From an uncultured Candidatus Saccharibacteria bacterium (lineage in GTDB: Bacteria > Patescibacteriota > Minisyncoccia > Phycocordibacterales > UBA9973), in the NCBI GenBank assembly GCA_964397435.1, contig CAYNHU010000002.1, positions 17,423 through 81,422 of the forward strand: DNA of 64,000 bases. Direction: 5' to 3'. The translations under genes were made by a program, and so were the position numbers. The number at the start of each line of letters is the position of its first letter. The first letter of the stretch is position 1. The notes under the pieces are model-generated. The model saw only the letters and a list, made by a program, of their open reading frames with translations. It did not search any database and was not told the DNA's origin. Shown piece by piece: positions 19,007-28,158 of this stretch.

Positions 19007-19681
19007 TTATTTTAGCTTGATAGCTGATGAAATTTCCCCTGGATTGAAGACCTTGTAATACAATTCAATCGCCTCTTCTGTTCCAATCTGAACCGAGCGC
19101 ACACCGACACGAGTTAAGCCTTGCTGCACAACACTAATTCGCTGTTCAAGCTGTGTTCGCTTTTCTTCAAATTCAATTAATGAGTCACTTTTACCTCCTG
19201 GATTTGCTTGTTTTGAGCCGCCAAACAATGTTTTGTTAAGCGTACCACCTGCTCCAAGTGCTGATGGTGAATATGGAACAACAACAATGAACTGCTTAGT
19301 CATGATTGCTACTTCATCAGTAAAGTTACGGATGAAGTTAATGTACTCGCGAGTCTGGATTTTGAGAAGTGGTTCAAGCTGCTCCTTCATACGGCCTTCT
19401 AAGAGTGTGATGTATGGTCGAATATCAAGTCGTCGTGATTGCACAACAATCTGTACAGAGAAATCGAGAGAATTCAAAAAGTTCTGAAACTGCATGATGG
19501 TTCCCTGCTGTTCGTCACTTGATTTGAGTGAAAGGTTAACCGATGAAGCAAGCAAGAGGGCACGCATACTACCATCGCTTAAAACAATGATACCGTCACG
19601 TACCTCTTTGACTGGAACAAACTCTTGAGTTGCTTTTGCTTCAAGCGCCATCTCGAAATAGTATACCATATTAGAAACCAC
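19007..19681 (-). CDS. hypothetical protein; by eye its N-terminal pattern parallels the start of the adjacent VirB4-family protein (ATPase-less VirB4 N-domain-like)
   Basis: 224 aa ORF 5 bp upstream of virB4. It has no Walker motifs. The similarity is judged by inspection only. Confidence 0.5.
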   Translation of the reverse strand: MVSNMVYYFEMALEAKATQEFVPVKEVRDGIIVLSDGSMRALLLASSVNLSLKSSDEQQGTIMQFQNFLNSLDFSVQIVVQSRRLDIRPYITLLEGRMKEQLEPLLKIQTREYINFIRNFTDEVAIMTKQFIVVVPYSPSALGAGGTLNKTLFGGSKQANPGGKSDSLIEFEEKRTQLEQRISVVQQGLTRVGVRSVQIGTEEAIELYYKVFNPGEISSAIKLK

Positions 19682-19711
19682 CAGGGTGTTTCCTGTGGCG
19701 GTTTCTGGGTA

Positions 19712-20149
19712 TTACTGGTTTTGTTGATTTTTCTTTTTCTCCATATCGAGCACGTCAAGACTCCATGAGATGTCTTTCAGTTTTGAATTTGAGAGTTTCG
19801 GAATGTAGGCAAGATTACTCAATGTGTCAGCCTCGGCTTTTGGTGCTTCCGCTGCTTTTTTAGCAGCTGCCTTTCGTTGCTTCCAGACGTAAAGTTTTGA
19901 GCTAATGTAGTAGTTGAATGCCGATTCGAGTATGAGGATGAACGGACGGTTATTTACTTTGTAGAATGTAAGTGCAAGCGCCAACCCAGCAACAGGAAGA
20001 ATGACTGGTATTGCAAGGTAGATTGGAAGTATTTTATATAATACAAATGACGCACCCGCTCCACCCACGAGATAGATGAATTGCTTGAAGGTAAAAGGTC
20101 CGAAGATCTTGTCTTCAACATCAATAAATTGAGGAACCTGAAATTGCAT
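19712..20149 (-). CDS. PrgI/VirB3-like small membrane protein
   Basis: N-terminus MQFQVPQFIDVEDKIFGPFTFKQFIYLVGG and two TM helices match the PrgI-family (VirB3-like) pattern. Lies upstream of virB4 as in Gram-positive T4SS. Confidence 0.55.
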   Translation of the reverse strand: MQFQVPQFIDVEDKIFGPFTFKQFIYLVGGAGASFVLYKILPIYLAIPVILPVAGLALALTFYKVNNRPFILILESAFNYYISSKLYVWKQRKAAAKKAAEAPKAEADTLSNLAYIPKLSNSKLKDISWSLDVLDMEKKKNQQNQ

Positions 20150-20215
20150 ACGTATAGTATAACAGTTCGTAAAAGAAAAATCAGGGGTAATCCCCTGATT
20201 TTTCGAGTATCGATG

Positions 20216-21022
20216 TTATTCGATTGGTTCTCGGTATGAGTCAGCTCCTGATTTTGCTGGTGCTGGACTAACCGGTTTGATTGAGTGATCTGTTTCTTTT
20301 GCTGGAACACCGAATGTTCCGCCAAGCTTGCCTGCGAGAATGTCCGCAGTTGGCTGAGCTGTCATCGGAATTGGCTGGCTCGCTGCTCCGCTCGGTGTAG
20401 TACCAGCATATGGCGCTCGTGGTACTGGGATATCCATGCCTGCTGGCTTGATCGGTGGCATTGAACTTGGAGCTGCTGGAGCTGGTTTTGCCATTTCGTT
20501 CAACGGTCGAGCTACTGATTTCATCGGATTTTCAATGCTCTTCAAAAGTGCATCTCGATCCTCAGTTACCGCAGCATTTGGAGTTGTTTTAGGAAGTTCT
20601 ACTCCAACTGAAACACCAGAATTTGAGAGGATTGTTTTTTCAGTAGTGCTTACTTCGTCCTCTTCGTCGTCGTTTTCTTCTTCGCGAGAGTAGAGACTCA
20701 TAAGGGATGCTTTAATTGGCGCAAAAACCTGTTCTTTAATTTCAGAGATCATTTGAGTGAGTTCCCCTTTTTTCTTGCCGAGCTCTGTCTCAAGAGTATT
20801 TTCGTAGTTTGCTGGACTAGAAACTCCAAGGAGGACCATGGTTGTTTCAATTTCAAGTTTACCAAGTTGCTCGTATGTGAGCTTATATTTTTTTGCAGTT
20901 TCAAAAAGCTTCATTTGGTAATCGCTTGATGTTAGAATATTTTTTATTTCATCTGGAAGAAGCTCGAAACGTGTTCGAAGTTCTTTTTTTACATCATCAA
21001 AGTTGTCTTGTTGTGTGTCCAT
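20216..21022 (-). CDS. hypothetical protein with acidic stretch and Pro/Ala-rich C-terminus (268 aa)
   Basis: ORF within the operon. Has a low-complexity DDEEDE region. Confidence 0.55.
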   Translation of the reverse strand: MDTQQDNFDDVKKELRTRFELLPDEIKNILTSSDYQMKLFETAKKYKLTYEQLGKLEIETTMVLLGVSSPANYENTLETELGKKKGELTQMISEIKEQVFAPIKASLMSLYSREEENDDEEDEVSTTEKTILSNSGVSVGVELPKTTPNAAVTEDRDALLKSIENPMKSVARPLNEMAKPAPAAPSSMPPIKPAGMDIPVPRAPYAGTTPSGAASQPIPMTAQPTADILAGKLGGTFGVPAKETDHSIKPVSPAPAKSGADSYREPIE

Positions 21023-21065
21023 ACCAATGTCTTTTTATCTGCTAAAAGTATACCATGATTCACTA

Positions 21066-24000
21066 CTAATGATGCCCACCGCCATGGTCATCATGTCCGC
21101 CACCGTGTCCATGATCACCGTGTCCTCCGCCACCGTGACCACCGCTACCGCCTAAACCTTTAAGAAAACCAAAGAAATCTGAACTCGGTCCCTTATATGT
21201 ATCATGATAATGCACATGGTCATGTTTTTCTGTGCTTGTTACGTGATGCATTGTTTCGTATTTAATATCACCAAAAGCACCGCCAACTACATCCTTGATT
21301 GAGCTTGACAGAAATCCAGCTGCAAACCCTCCTAATCCCCCAAATGGACCAGCTACAATTGCACCAGCTGCTCCTGTTTGAAGACCACGCATAAGATTTT
21401 TTCCAAAATCTCGATAAAGATTTCTACCCGCACGTTCACCTGCCTGTGTGAATGATTCATGATCCATGTGCCCCACGTCTGTGATTGTTCCAAGTTCATC
21501 ACGTTTTGTGCCATGCACATGACGACCACCTTCTTTCATGAGTGATAAGTGATATTGTTTAAGTCGAGCAGTTTTAAGATTCTCAAGATTTTTCTGCATT
21601 GAAGTGAGGCTGCGAGAGTTTTCAAAGTCAGCTGCTGTGATTCTTTTAACAGAAGTGGAACCATCGCGTTTTTTAACTTCAACAGCGTTTCCAATGTCTG
21701 ATTTTGAGATAGCCCGAGTTTTACCACTAGCATCAACGATTTTTTCACCAGATCCTTTTTGAAGTGTTCGTAACTTTTCTTTTTCTGTACTGAGGGCTGC
21801 TTGTTTAGTTGCAACAGTTGCCATGATTGCTTTTCCAGCAGGAGACTTTTTACCAGCCGCTTCAGCGTCAGATCTCAATTTTGCAATTTCTTCTTCACCT
21901 CGAGCTACAACATCAGTTTGGTCTGAAATTTCTGTCTCGCGATCCTTCATTTTTTTCTCTTCGTCAGCGTACTGTTTCTTGTCATAGCCACTTCCAAATA
22001 TTTTCTCATCCTCCTTGGCTTTCTTGGTATCTCTATCAACCATAGCTGTATATCCACCAGCCCGAGCGCCTGTGCTTAAATCTACTCCTACACCAGCAAG
22101 AGTACTTGCTGTATTGAGTAATCCAGCACCAGTATTCATATTTACGTTTGTTGCTTTTGAAATAACGTTACCAAGACCTGTTTGACGAGCATCAAAACTT
22201 GCAGATTTTAGATTATTAGCAACACGAAGTTTTTGTTGGGCTTGCCATCGTTCAAATTTAGTCGCATCTCGTATCGTGCCGTCCTTATTTTTTACTTTAC
22301 CGGACGCCATATCTTTAAGTCGGTCACTATTTGCAACATCAGCAGCCTTCCCTCCAATAAATCGTGCGCCGAGAGCTGCTGCCCCACCAGTCGCTGCCAT
22401 CGCTACCATACCTGTTCCAGCTGCAATTACACCGGCAAATGCACCACCGAACTGTCCAGCCATACTCTCAGCTTGTTTTTTTGCTTCCATAAGCAAGCCA
22501 ATAACAATCATGGTTGGGAGGAGAATTCCAACGAGGAATGCAACCCAGTTTCCATTTTGAGCATTAGTGATAGCACCTATTGTTGAGCCAAGCAAACCAC
22601 CACCAGGACCACCAACGAGGTTTACGATGAGATACAAGAAAAAGAAGAATACAGGGGCTTTGAAACACGCACTCAAGAATGTTTTGAGCCACTCTCCCCA
22701 GCCAAGTTGTTTGAGTCCGTGGTCGAGTGATGGAACAATGCTTGAAACAAATGCGATCGGTGCAAAAATCATCGAGAACCAAATAACTCCAACTCGTCCC
22801 GCAAAAAATGCAGCACACATGAAGAATATCCAGGCCATGATTATGTTCAAGATAAATGAAATCAAGAGCACCATGAATAAAGTACCTGGCGTTACTGACT
22901 GACCGTTACTGCGGAGCTTCTCAAGACTTTCCCCACTCAATAGTTTTTGTGGTTGAATACCACTAATTACAGCAGCAGAAATTGATTTTTCTTTAGGGGC
23001 AGTATCATCAAATGTTGTTGCGGGATTACCTACTGACGAGATATCCATCGCGTTATAAAATACACGGGACAAAACGTTTGATGCATCGATTGCAACGCGA
23101 CAGAAGAACAAACTAAAGTTAATCAAAAGCGCGACAATGATAACCTGAGAAACAATTTTTTTGACGCTTGTTCCATGAAGGTGAAGTGAAAGCACAAGAC
23201 TGAGTGCTGCATAGAGGAGGATGAAGATAAAGAAAATGTTTGCAACGTCGCGGACAACACTCCAGCCATTTTCAACGAACGATGCGATATCAGCTCCATT
23301 GGTTCCCTGTCCGTAAATAGTACTACCGAGTGAAACAGCAGCAAAAGCGTCAAAAAGACGACCTGCCTGCTGAGCAAGCCAGTGTGAAGTACTAACAAAG
23401 ATGTCATTAAACAAAATAACAAAACAAGGTGACCACTTTGTGATTGAACAATCAAGGTCAGCTACGAACGCATCCTGACCACTTTGTTCTGGTGTTTGAC
23501 CGAGTGCTTCTTTAACAGCATCTTCAATTGGTACTGCGCCAAATTTGTTTTCTGGAGCATCAGCTTTTGTTTTTACTTCAACAACATTACTGAAAAACCA
23601 GTTTGTTGAGTTGTCTTCTTCGGCGACTAACTGGAAGTAGTAGGTTGTATTAGGTTCAAGATTAGTAATTGCAACAACCGGGTTGAATGAGTCTTTTTTG
23701 TAGAATTTTTCTGGATATGCACTAAAAATTTTCAACAATTCTACGGCTGAGTTGTCCCCTGGACTTGATGTCTTTCGAGCGAGACTGTACAAACTACCTG
23801 CATCACCTGGAGCAACATCCGGTTTGCGAACCTGGAAGTTACTGACGTTTGATGAGTCATTTAAAAGCTCGGCAGAACTTTGACCAGTATCAACATCAGC
23901 TTTAGTTGTTTTACCTTTACTGACTTGGAGAAAGAATCCGTTATCACGGTTTCCTCCCCCATTTACTGCACCATTAAAGTTTATTTCGTTATAAAATGCG

Positions 24001-24356
24001 TCCCAGGCACTTTCCTTAAGGTCATTCCAATCAAGAGCTCCATGTCCACTAAGTCCAGTGTCTTGGTCTTTTGCTGTGTAGGCATCACCATCGCGACCGA
24101 GAATCATATCAATTTTAAGGTCGACTGCGTCAGAATATTGAGAAACTTTATTTACGGGATCTCCACCTATTTGGGTGAGTTTAATTCCGTTAGCTGGACT
24201 ACAATATGCTCCACTCTCACAAAAGTCGCCACCATCACTTGCGTTCAAAACAGTTTTTCCGTCAATAGCGAGTGCGCGGTTAACCGTACCAAAAGGAAGA
24301 ACCATACTTGCGAGTATGGTGAGTGTCATTATTGCAACGGATAATTTGGAGCGCAT
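21066..24356 (-). CDS. VirB6/TrbL-like polytopic membrane protein with large N-terminal extracellular domain and C-terminal His/Gly-rich tail (1096 aa)
   Basis: Signal peptide, then an extracellular domain of about 350 aa. At least 6 TM helices with TrbL/VirB6-like spacing. Long predicted-disordered C-terminus ending GGSGGHGGGGHGDHGHGGGHDDHGGGHH. Confidence 0.5.
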   Translation of the reverse strand: MRSKLSVAIMTLTILASMVLPFGTVNRALAIDGKTVLNASDGGDFCESGAYCSPANGIKLTQIGGDPVNKVSQYSDAVDLKIDMILGRDGDAYTAKDQDTGLSGHGALDWNDLKESAWDAFYNEINFNGAVNGGGNRDNGFFLQVSKGKTTKADVDTGQSSAELLNDSSNVSNFQVRKPDVAPGDAGSLYSLARKTSSPGDNSAVELLKIFSAYPEKFYKKDSFNPVVAITNLEPNTTYYFQLVAEEDNSTNWFFSNVVEVKTKADAPENKFGAVPIEDAVKEALGQTPEQSGQDAFVADLDCSITKWSPCFVILFNDIFVSTSHWLAQQAGRLFDAFAAVSLGSTIYGQGTNGADIASFVENGWSVVRDVANIFFIFILLYAALSLVLSLHLHGTSVKKIVSQVIIVALLINFSLFFCRVAIDASNVLSRVFYNAMDISSVGNPATTFDDTAPKEKSISAAVISGIQPQKLLSGESLEKLRSNGQSVTPGTLFMVLLISFILNIIMAWIFFMCAAFFAGRVGVIWFSMIFAPIAFVSSIVPSLDHGLKQLGWGEWLKTFLSACFKAPVFFFFLYLIVNLVGGPGGGLLGSTIGAITNAQNGNWVAFLVGILLPTMIVIGLLMEAKKQAESMAGQFGGAFAGVIAAGTGMVAMAATGGAAALGARFIGGKAADVANSDRLKDMASGKVKNKDGTIRDATKFERWQAQQKLRVANNLKSASFDARQTGLGNVISKATNVNMNTGAGLLNTASTLAGVGVDLSTGARAGGYTAMVDRDTKKAKEDEKIFGSGYDKKQYADEEKKMKDRETEISDQTDVVARGEEEIAKLRSDAEAAGKKSPAGKAIMATVATKQAALSTEKEKLRTLQKGSGEKIVDASGKTRAISKSDIGNAVEVKKRDGSTSVKRITAADFENSRSLTSMQKNLENLKTARLKQYHLSLMKEGGRHVHGTKRDELGTITDVGHMDHESFTQAGERAGRNLYRDFGKNLMRGLQTGAAGAIVAGPFGGLGGFAAGFLSSSIKDVVGGAFGDIKYETMHHVTSTEKHDHVHYHDTYKGPSSDFFGFLKGLGGSGGHGGGGHGDHGHGGGHDDHGGGHH

Positions 24357-24404
24357 CCTATAGATAAGTATACATTACTTAGATATTTTTAGGAATGTGT
24401 AGCG

Positions 24405-24460
24405 GTATTTTTGGGGAAAACAATTCAGCCCGGGCATGCTTCGCGTGCCCGGGCTGAATT
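24405..24460 (-). terminator. intra-operon hairpin/partial terminator (AATTCAGCCCGGGC...GCCCGGGCTGAATT) between the 919 aa gene and the VirB6-like gene
   Basis: 14 bp GC-rich perfect inverted repeat followed on the minus strand by TTGTTTTCCCC. Confidence 0.45.
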
Positions 24461-24474
24461 TCTATAACAAACAA

Positions 24475-27234
24475 TTATGGAGTTCTATAATCAACAACAG
24501 CAGATTCATAGAAGTCGCTACAATCGAATTTTACCTTTCGGAAGAGTGATTTATACACACCTCTACCATCAGTAAGGTCTTTCTTATCAACAAGTGATTG
24601 ACAGAAGTACATACGTTCCCCATCTGTCTTACTTGGCTTGTAGTTAGGGTCTGTACTATCGTAGTCTTCCATAAAATCGAGTGCTTGATTAAGTTTCGCT
24701 TGACCAGTTGCAGCAGGATCCCAGTTGTCAGTAAGACTAAGCTGGTTTGTACTCATTACGATAGAGTACAAAAGTGTAAGATTTTCATCACTCAAACCAT
24801 CATAAGTATCTTTACGATCTTCATTTACAGAATCAACGAGATACGGATCATCTGCAAGTTCATCTCGCATTTCATCAACTGTTTTGTTAGTAACAATGTG
24901 AACCAATTCAAGACCAGTTGTTTCTTCTGCAAGGTTTGCATTTGGGTTGGTTGTTGGATCACAGTTTACTGAGTTCAATTCACACTCTTCAGGAATGTCA
25001 CCACCGCCAAATGAGTTAATATACACATCGTGTTCACGGTTTGCAATCATGACACCAGTCACAGCACCTTGTGTCGCAGAGATCGGAGCTGAGAGACCGA
25101 AGGTAAGAATTGTTGTAATTACACTACCTGCAATGTTGAGACCCTGAAGTGCTGCAGCTTGCTGTGCTTCTGGATCGTAATATCCGTGAGCATTTACTTG
25201 GGCGAGTATATTTGGAGGTACTTGTGAAGGATTGAGGTGTATAACTGATTTAATGAAACGATCTTTAATGTGAAGCCTGTAGACATGCTGTGGTCGAGCG
25301 TTTTCAATCTCAAGACGAACCTGAGCGATTGTTTTCAATACGTTGTCGTACTCGAACTTAATTTTCTGCAAAGAGTTTTCTGCATCCTGCACTGTGTATG
25401 AGTTAGGTGCATCTCCAGCCATTAATGAATATTCCTTAATCAAAAGTTGGAGTTGTTTGTTTCCTTCACCAGTAAGTCCGAGTAATGGATTTACTGTCGC
25501 AGGTTCCTGTCCCTGGGCTGCGAGATATTCGTTAATTCCAGGATCGACTGCTGTTTGTGCTGTTGGATCAGTGTAGTTTTGAATAATCTCGTTCAATTTA
25601 ATTTTGATGTTCTTGAGTCGGTTGAGGATCGTGAGACTATCAATGTATTTTTCCGTAAAGTCTTTTTCTTTTGCTGAGTAGCGATATGCATCTTTGATTC
25701 GTGCCTGCACATCAGTATATGACGCAATTGTATTAGTAAGTGCACGGATGCGGATATCTGAAGGAATAGAATTTTGTCTATCAAGGAGCTGACTAACAAT
25801 ACGGTCGGTCTTTTCCTGCTTCTTCTTTGTACCCTTACCTTCTTTTACTTGCCACTTCTGTAAGATTTTTGCGAATTTTCGATTGAAACGATTTTCCCAT
25901 CCAAACTTTGGACCAGGAACAGTGTAATCAAGTTTGCGAATAATTCCAGCGAATGACTCTTGATTTGATGTTCCGTGGAGAAGGTCGAGTATTTGTTTGT
26001 AACTATCCACTTGGCGTTGCGCAAGGTCAATCATTGTTTGCTTCATTGGCTGACCATTTGCATCAACCTCGAAATCAAAACCTACAAGCAACAGTGTATT
26101 GAGATCGATAACTTTGTCAGGAGATTGAGCCCAGTTATCTGCGCCACTTGAAGTCATTGAATTTGGACCAGCAAGTGTCTGTCCTTCGTAACTCCATACA
26201 GTACTACCTGAATTTGAATCATCTTTACCAATTGTTGAGAGTGCAGTGAGTCCTTTGTTAAACAATGAAGTTGTGAGTGCGTTCAAGATTGAAGAGAGAC
26301 TGTTTCCAAGAGCTGCCCCCAACTGACTTTGTGCGAATTTTGAACCGAGCGCTTGGTTGATTTGTGACTGAACGATTGAACCAGGTGAAAGTGTTTTCCA
26401 TTCAAGACAGTCTGAATCTTTCTGTGCGCCACCGAGGAAGAATTGGTTTGTTGGGGTTGGGTTTTGTTGTCCTGAGCCTGTTTGTGTTGTTGCAGCAACT
26501 TGTGGTGCAGTCTTCCACTTTGTACACATGCGTTGATTCAAGAATCCCTGACTTCGATCAATTTCTTTTTCAACTTGCTGTTTTGCTGCGTTTACTATTT
26601 TTGCTGCTTTGTCTGCCGCCAAGAAGAGCGAGCCGAAGGCGTTGTTTGCAGGATTCTGGCTGTAGGCCTCATATGCTGCCCAGCCACCAACACGGAAGTC
26701 CTTTTGGAATTTATTTGCTTCTGAACCAACAATATTTGTGAGAGTGTATGTCATTTCCTTACCGACATCACTGTTTTTATTGCGGTAACTTGAGATGAGT
26801 GCCTGTGAAACTTCTCGTCCGTATGGGAATTTACTTGCGTTGTAACCAATTGTATCAATCAAGTTTTCCAGTTGTGTATCACCAATATTTTTGAAAAATG
26901 ATTTTGGATTTTCTACAAATTGTGGTGCTCCTTTGAAACCACCGTTGATCCAGTTAACCGTTGCTTCAGTGAGTTTATTCAAAAGAACTTGAGCGATTGC
27001 TTTCAATACCTGAGCAGCAAGCTTAATGACGAAGTCTTTAACGGTTGTAGCCGTGTTTGCTGTTTGTTGACCAGTGTTTACGCCAGTAAGTGATGTGTGT
27101 GGAATATCAAACATTTCGTCACTAAACATGTTTGCTCGTGCTTCATAAAGAGGAACAAGCAGTGTGTTGAGTGCAAATACTGTAAAAAAAATGTACGCAA
27201 ACATTTTCTTGTATGTATGTAATCGTTGAATCAT
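24475..27234 (-). CDS. large secreted/surface protein (919 aa), function unknown
   Basis: N-terminal signal/TM (FAYIFFTVFALNTLLVPLY). Coherent long ORF in the T4SS-like operon. Confidence 0.6.
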   Translation of the reverse strand: MIQRLHTYKKMFAYIFFTVFALNTLLVPLYEARANMFSDEMFDIPHTSLTGVNTGQQTANTATTVKDFVIKLAAQVLKAIAQVLLNKLTEATVNWINGGFKGAPQFVENPKSFFKNIGDTQLENLIDTIGYNASKFPYGREVSQALISSYRNKNSDVGKEMTYTLTNIVGSEANKFQKDFRVGGWAAYEAYSQNPANNAFGSLFLAADKAAKIVNAAKQQVEKEIDRSQGFLNQRMCTKWKTAPQVAATTQTGSGQQNPTPTNQFFLGGAQKDSDCLEWKTLSPGSIVQSQINQALGSKFAQSQLGAALGNSLSSILNALTTSLFNKGLTALSTIGKDDSNSGSTVWSYEGQTLAGPNSMTSSGADNWAQSPDKVIDLNTLLLVGFDFEVDANGQPMKQTMIDLAQRQVDSYKQILDLLHGTSNQESFAGIIRKLDYTVPGPKFGWENRFNRKFAKILQKWQVKEGKGTKKKQEKTDRIVSQLLDRQNSIPSDIRIRALTNTIASYTDVQARIKDAYRYSAKEKDFTEKYIDSLTILNRLKNIKIKLNEIIQNYTDPTAQTAVDPGINEYLAAQGQEPATVNPLLGLTGEGNKQLQLLIKEYSLMAGDAPNSYTVQDAENSLQKIKFEYDNVLKTIAQVRLEIENARPQHVYRLHIKDRFIKSVIHLNPSQVPPNILAQVNAHGYYDPEAQQAAALQGLNIAGSVITTILTFGLSAPISATQGAVTGVMIANREHDVYINSFGGGDIPEECELNSVNCDPTTNPNANLAEETTGLELVHIVTNKTVDEMRDELADDPYLVDSVNEDRKDTYDGLSDENLTLLYSIVMSTNQLSLTDNWDPAATGQAKLNQALDFMEDYDSTDPNYKPSKTDGERMYFCQSLVDKKDLTDGRGVYKSLFRKVKFDCSDFYESAVVDYRTP

Positions 27235-27258
27235 AAGTATAGTGTAATACAGTTGCTG

Positions 27259-28122
27259 CTACTTAGCCACACTCGCAGTACTATATGGAATCTTAGTAGT
27301 AAAAGGTCCGACATATTCAACAAGCTGGGTAAGTATTTTTGGGTAGTTCACCATAATACTCATTGCGCTAATTGGGTTTGCAAATGTATTTCTCATACCC
27401 TGAATACTTCCTCGTGCTTTCCCGAGAATATTAAGAAATTCAAGATGTCCGTCTTTGAGGTTTGTTGGTACAGATAACTTTTTAAGTGCCTCAATCAAAT
27501 TTGTATATCGTGTAATGATTGGCTCAAGTTTTGCAAGTTCGCTTGGATCATTCGCATCAAGGGCGATTTGCATAATTTGGATTGAGTTATCAATATCAAG
27601 AGGATATTTTTGGCTCACGAGATATACGTAGTCGTTGAAATATCGAGTTTTGTTTGTGTCTGTTGCAGGTACAACCTTGATGTCTTTTTCAGTGAATAAA
27701 TCTTCAAGGGTTGTAGATGCAATGCGAGCACTCACCTGTTCAGCGATTGTTTGAGCACCCTCTTCTGTAAGCTCGCCTGACTGACTAATAGTCGCTGCTG
27801 TTGTGAAAAGATCACGAGCGAATTGTTCAGTTTCGTTAAGCTTTTCATCAGTCCCCGCATCTGCTGTTGGTGTAACGCCAAGAATCTCCTGAATATTTTG
27901 TTTCCAGTCAGGAATACCATCGGTATTTTCATCTATTGTTGTAATGTCATTCACAACAAGTGGAGCGACAAGAGGTTGAGCAATTAATTTCTGCTCACGC
28001 TTTGTTTTTAAATAACCAAAAAGCTCGATAACACCCCAAATGAGTGCAATCGAGAGAATAATAAAACCAATCTTTTTAAGAAACGACCGACTTGGAAGAT
28101 ACTGTTCTATGTTTGTAAACAT
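27259..28122 (-). CDS. bitopic membrane protein (N-terminal TM, 287 aa), possibly VirB8/PrgL-like by topology
   Basis: Single TM helix at residues about 17-37 with the remainder extracytoplasmic. First gene of the operon. The VirB8 assignment is speculative. Confidence 0.5.
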   Translation of the reverse strand: MFTNIEQYLPSRSFLKKIGFIILSIALIWGVIELFGYLKTKREQKLIAQPLVAPLVVNDITTIDENTDGIPDWKQNIQEILGVTPTADAGTDEKLNETEQFARDLFTTAATISQSGELTEEGAQTIAEQVSARIASTTLEDLFTEKDIKVVPATDTNKTRYFNDYVYLVSQKYPLDIDNSIQIMQIALDANDPSELAKLEPIITRYTNLIEALKKLSVPTNLKDGHLEFLNILGKARGSIQGMRNTFANPISAMSIMVNYPKILTQLVEYVGPFTTKIPYSTASVAK

Positions 28123-28158
28123 ATATAGAACAAGTATAGCGTATTTTCTAGCGCAAGA

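Noticed and set aside
13394-28122. T4SS cluster considered as a conjugative ICE or plasmid region.
   Set aside because: No relaxase, VirD4, integrase or partition genes were seen, and no flanking direct repeats. It is embedded between core genes (jag and ksgA), so it is treated as a chromosomal apparatus rather than a mobile element. It remains flagged as a finding.
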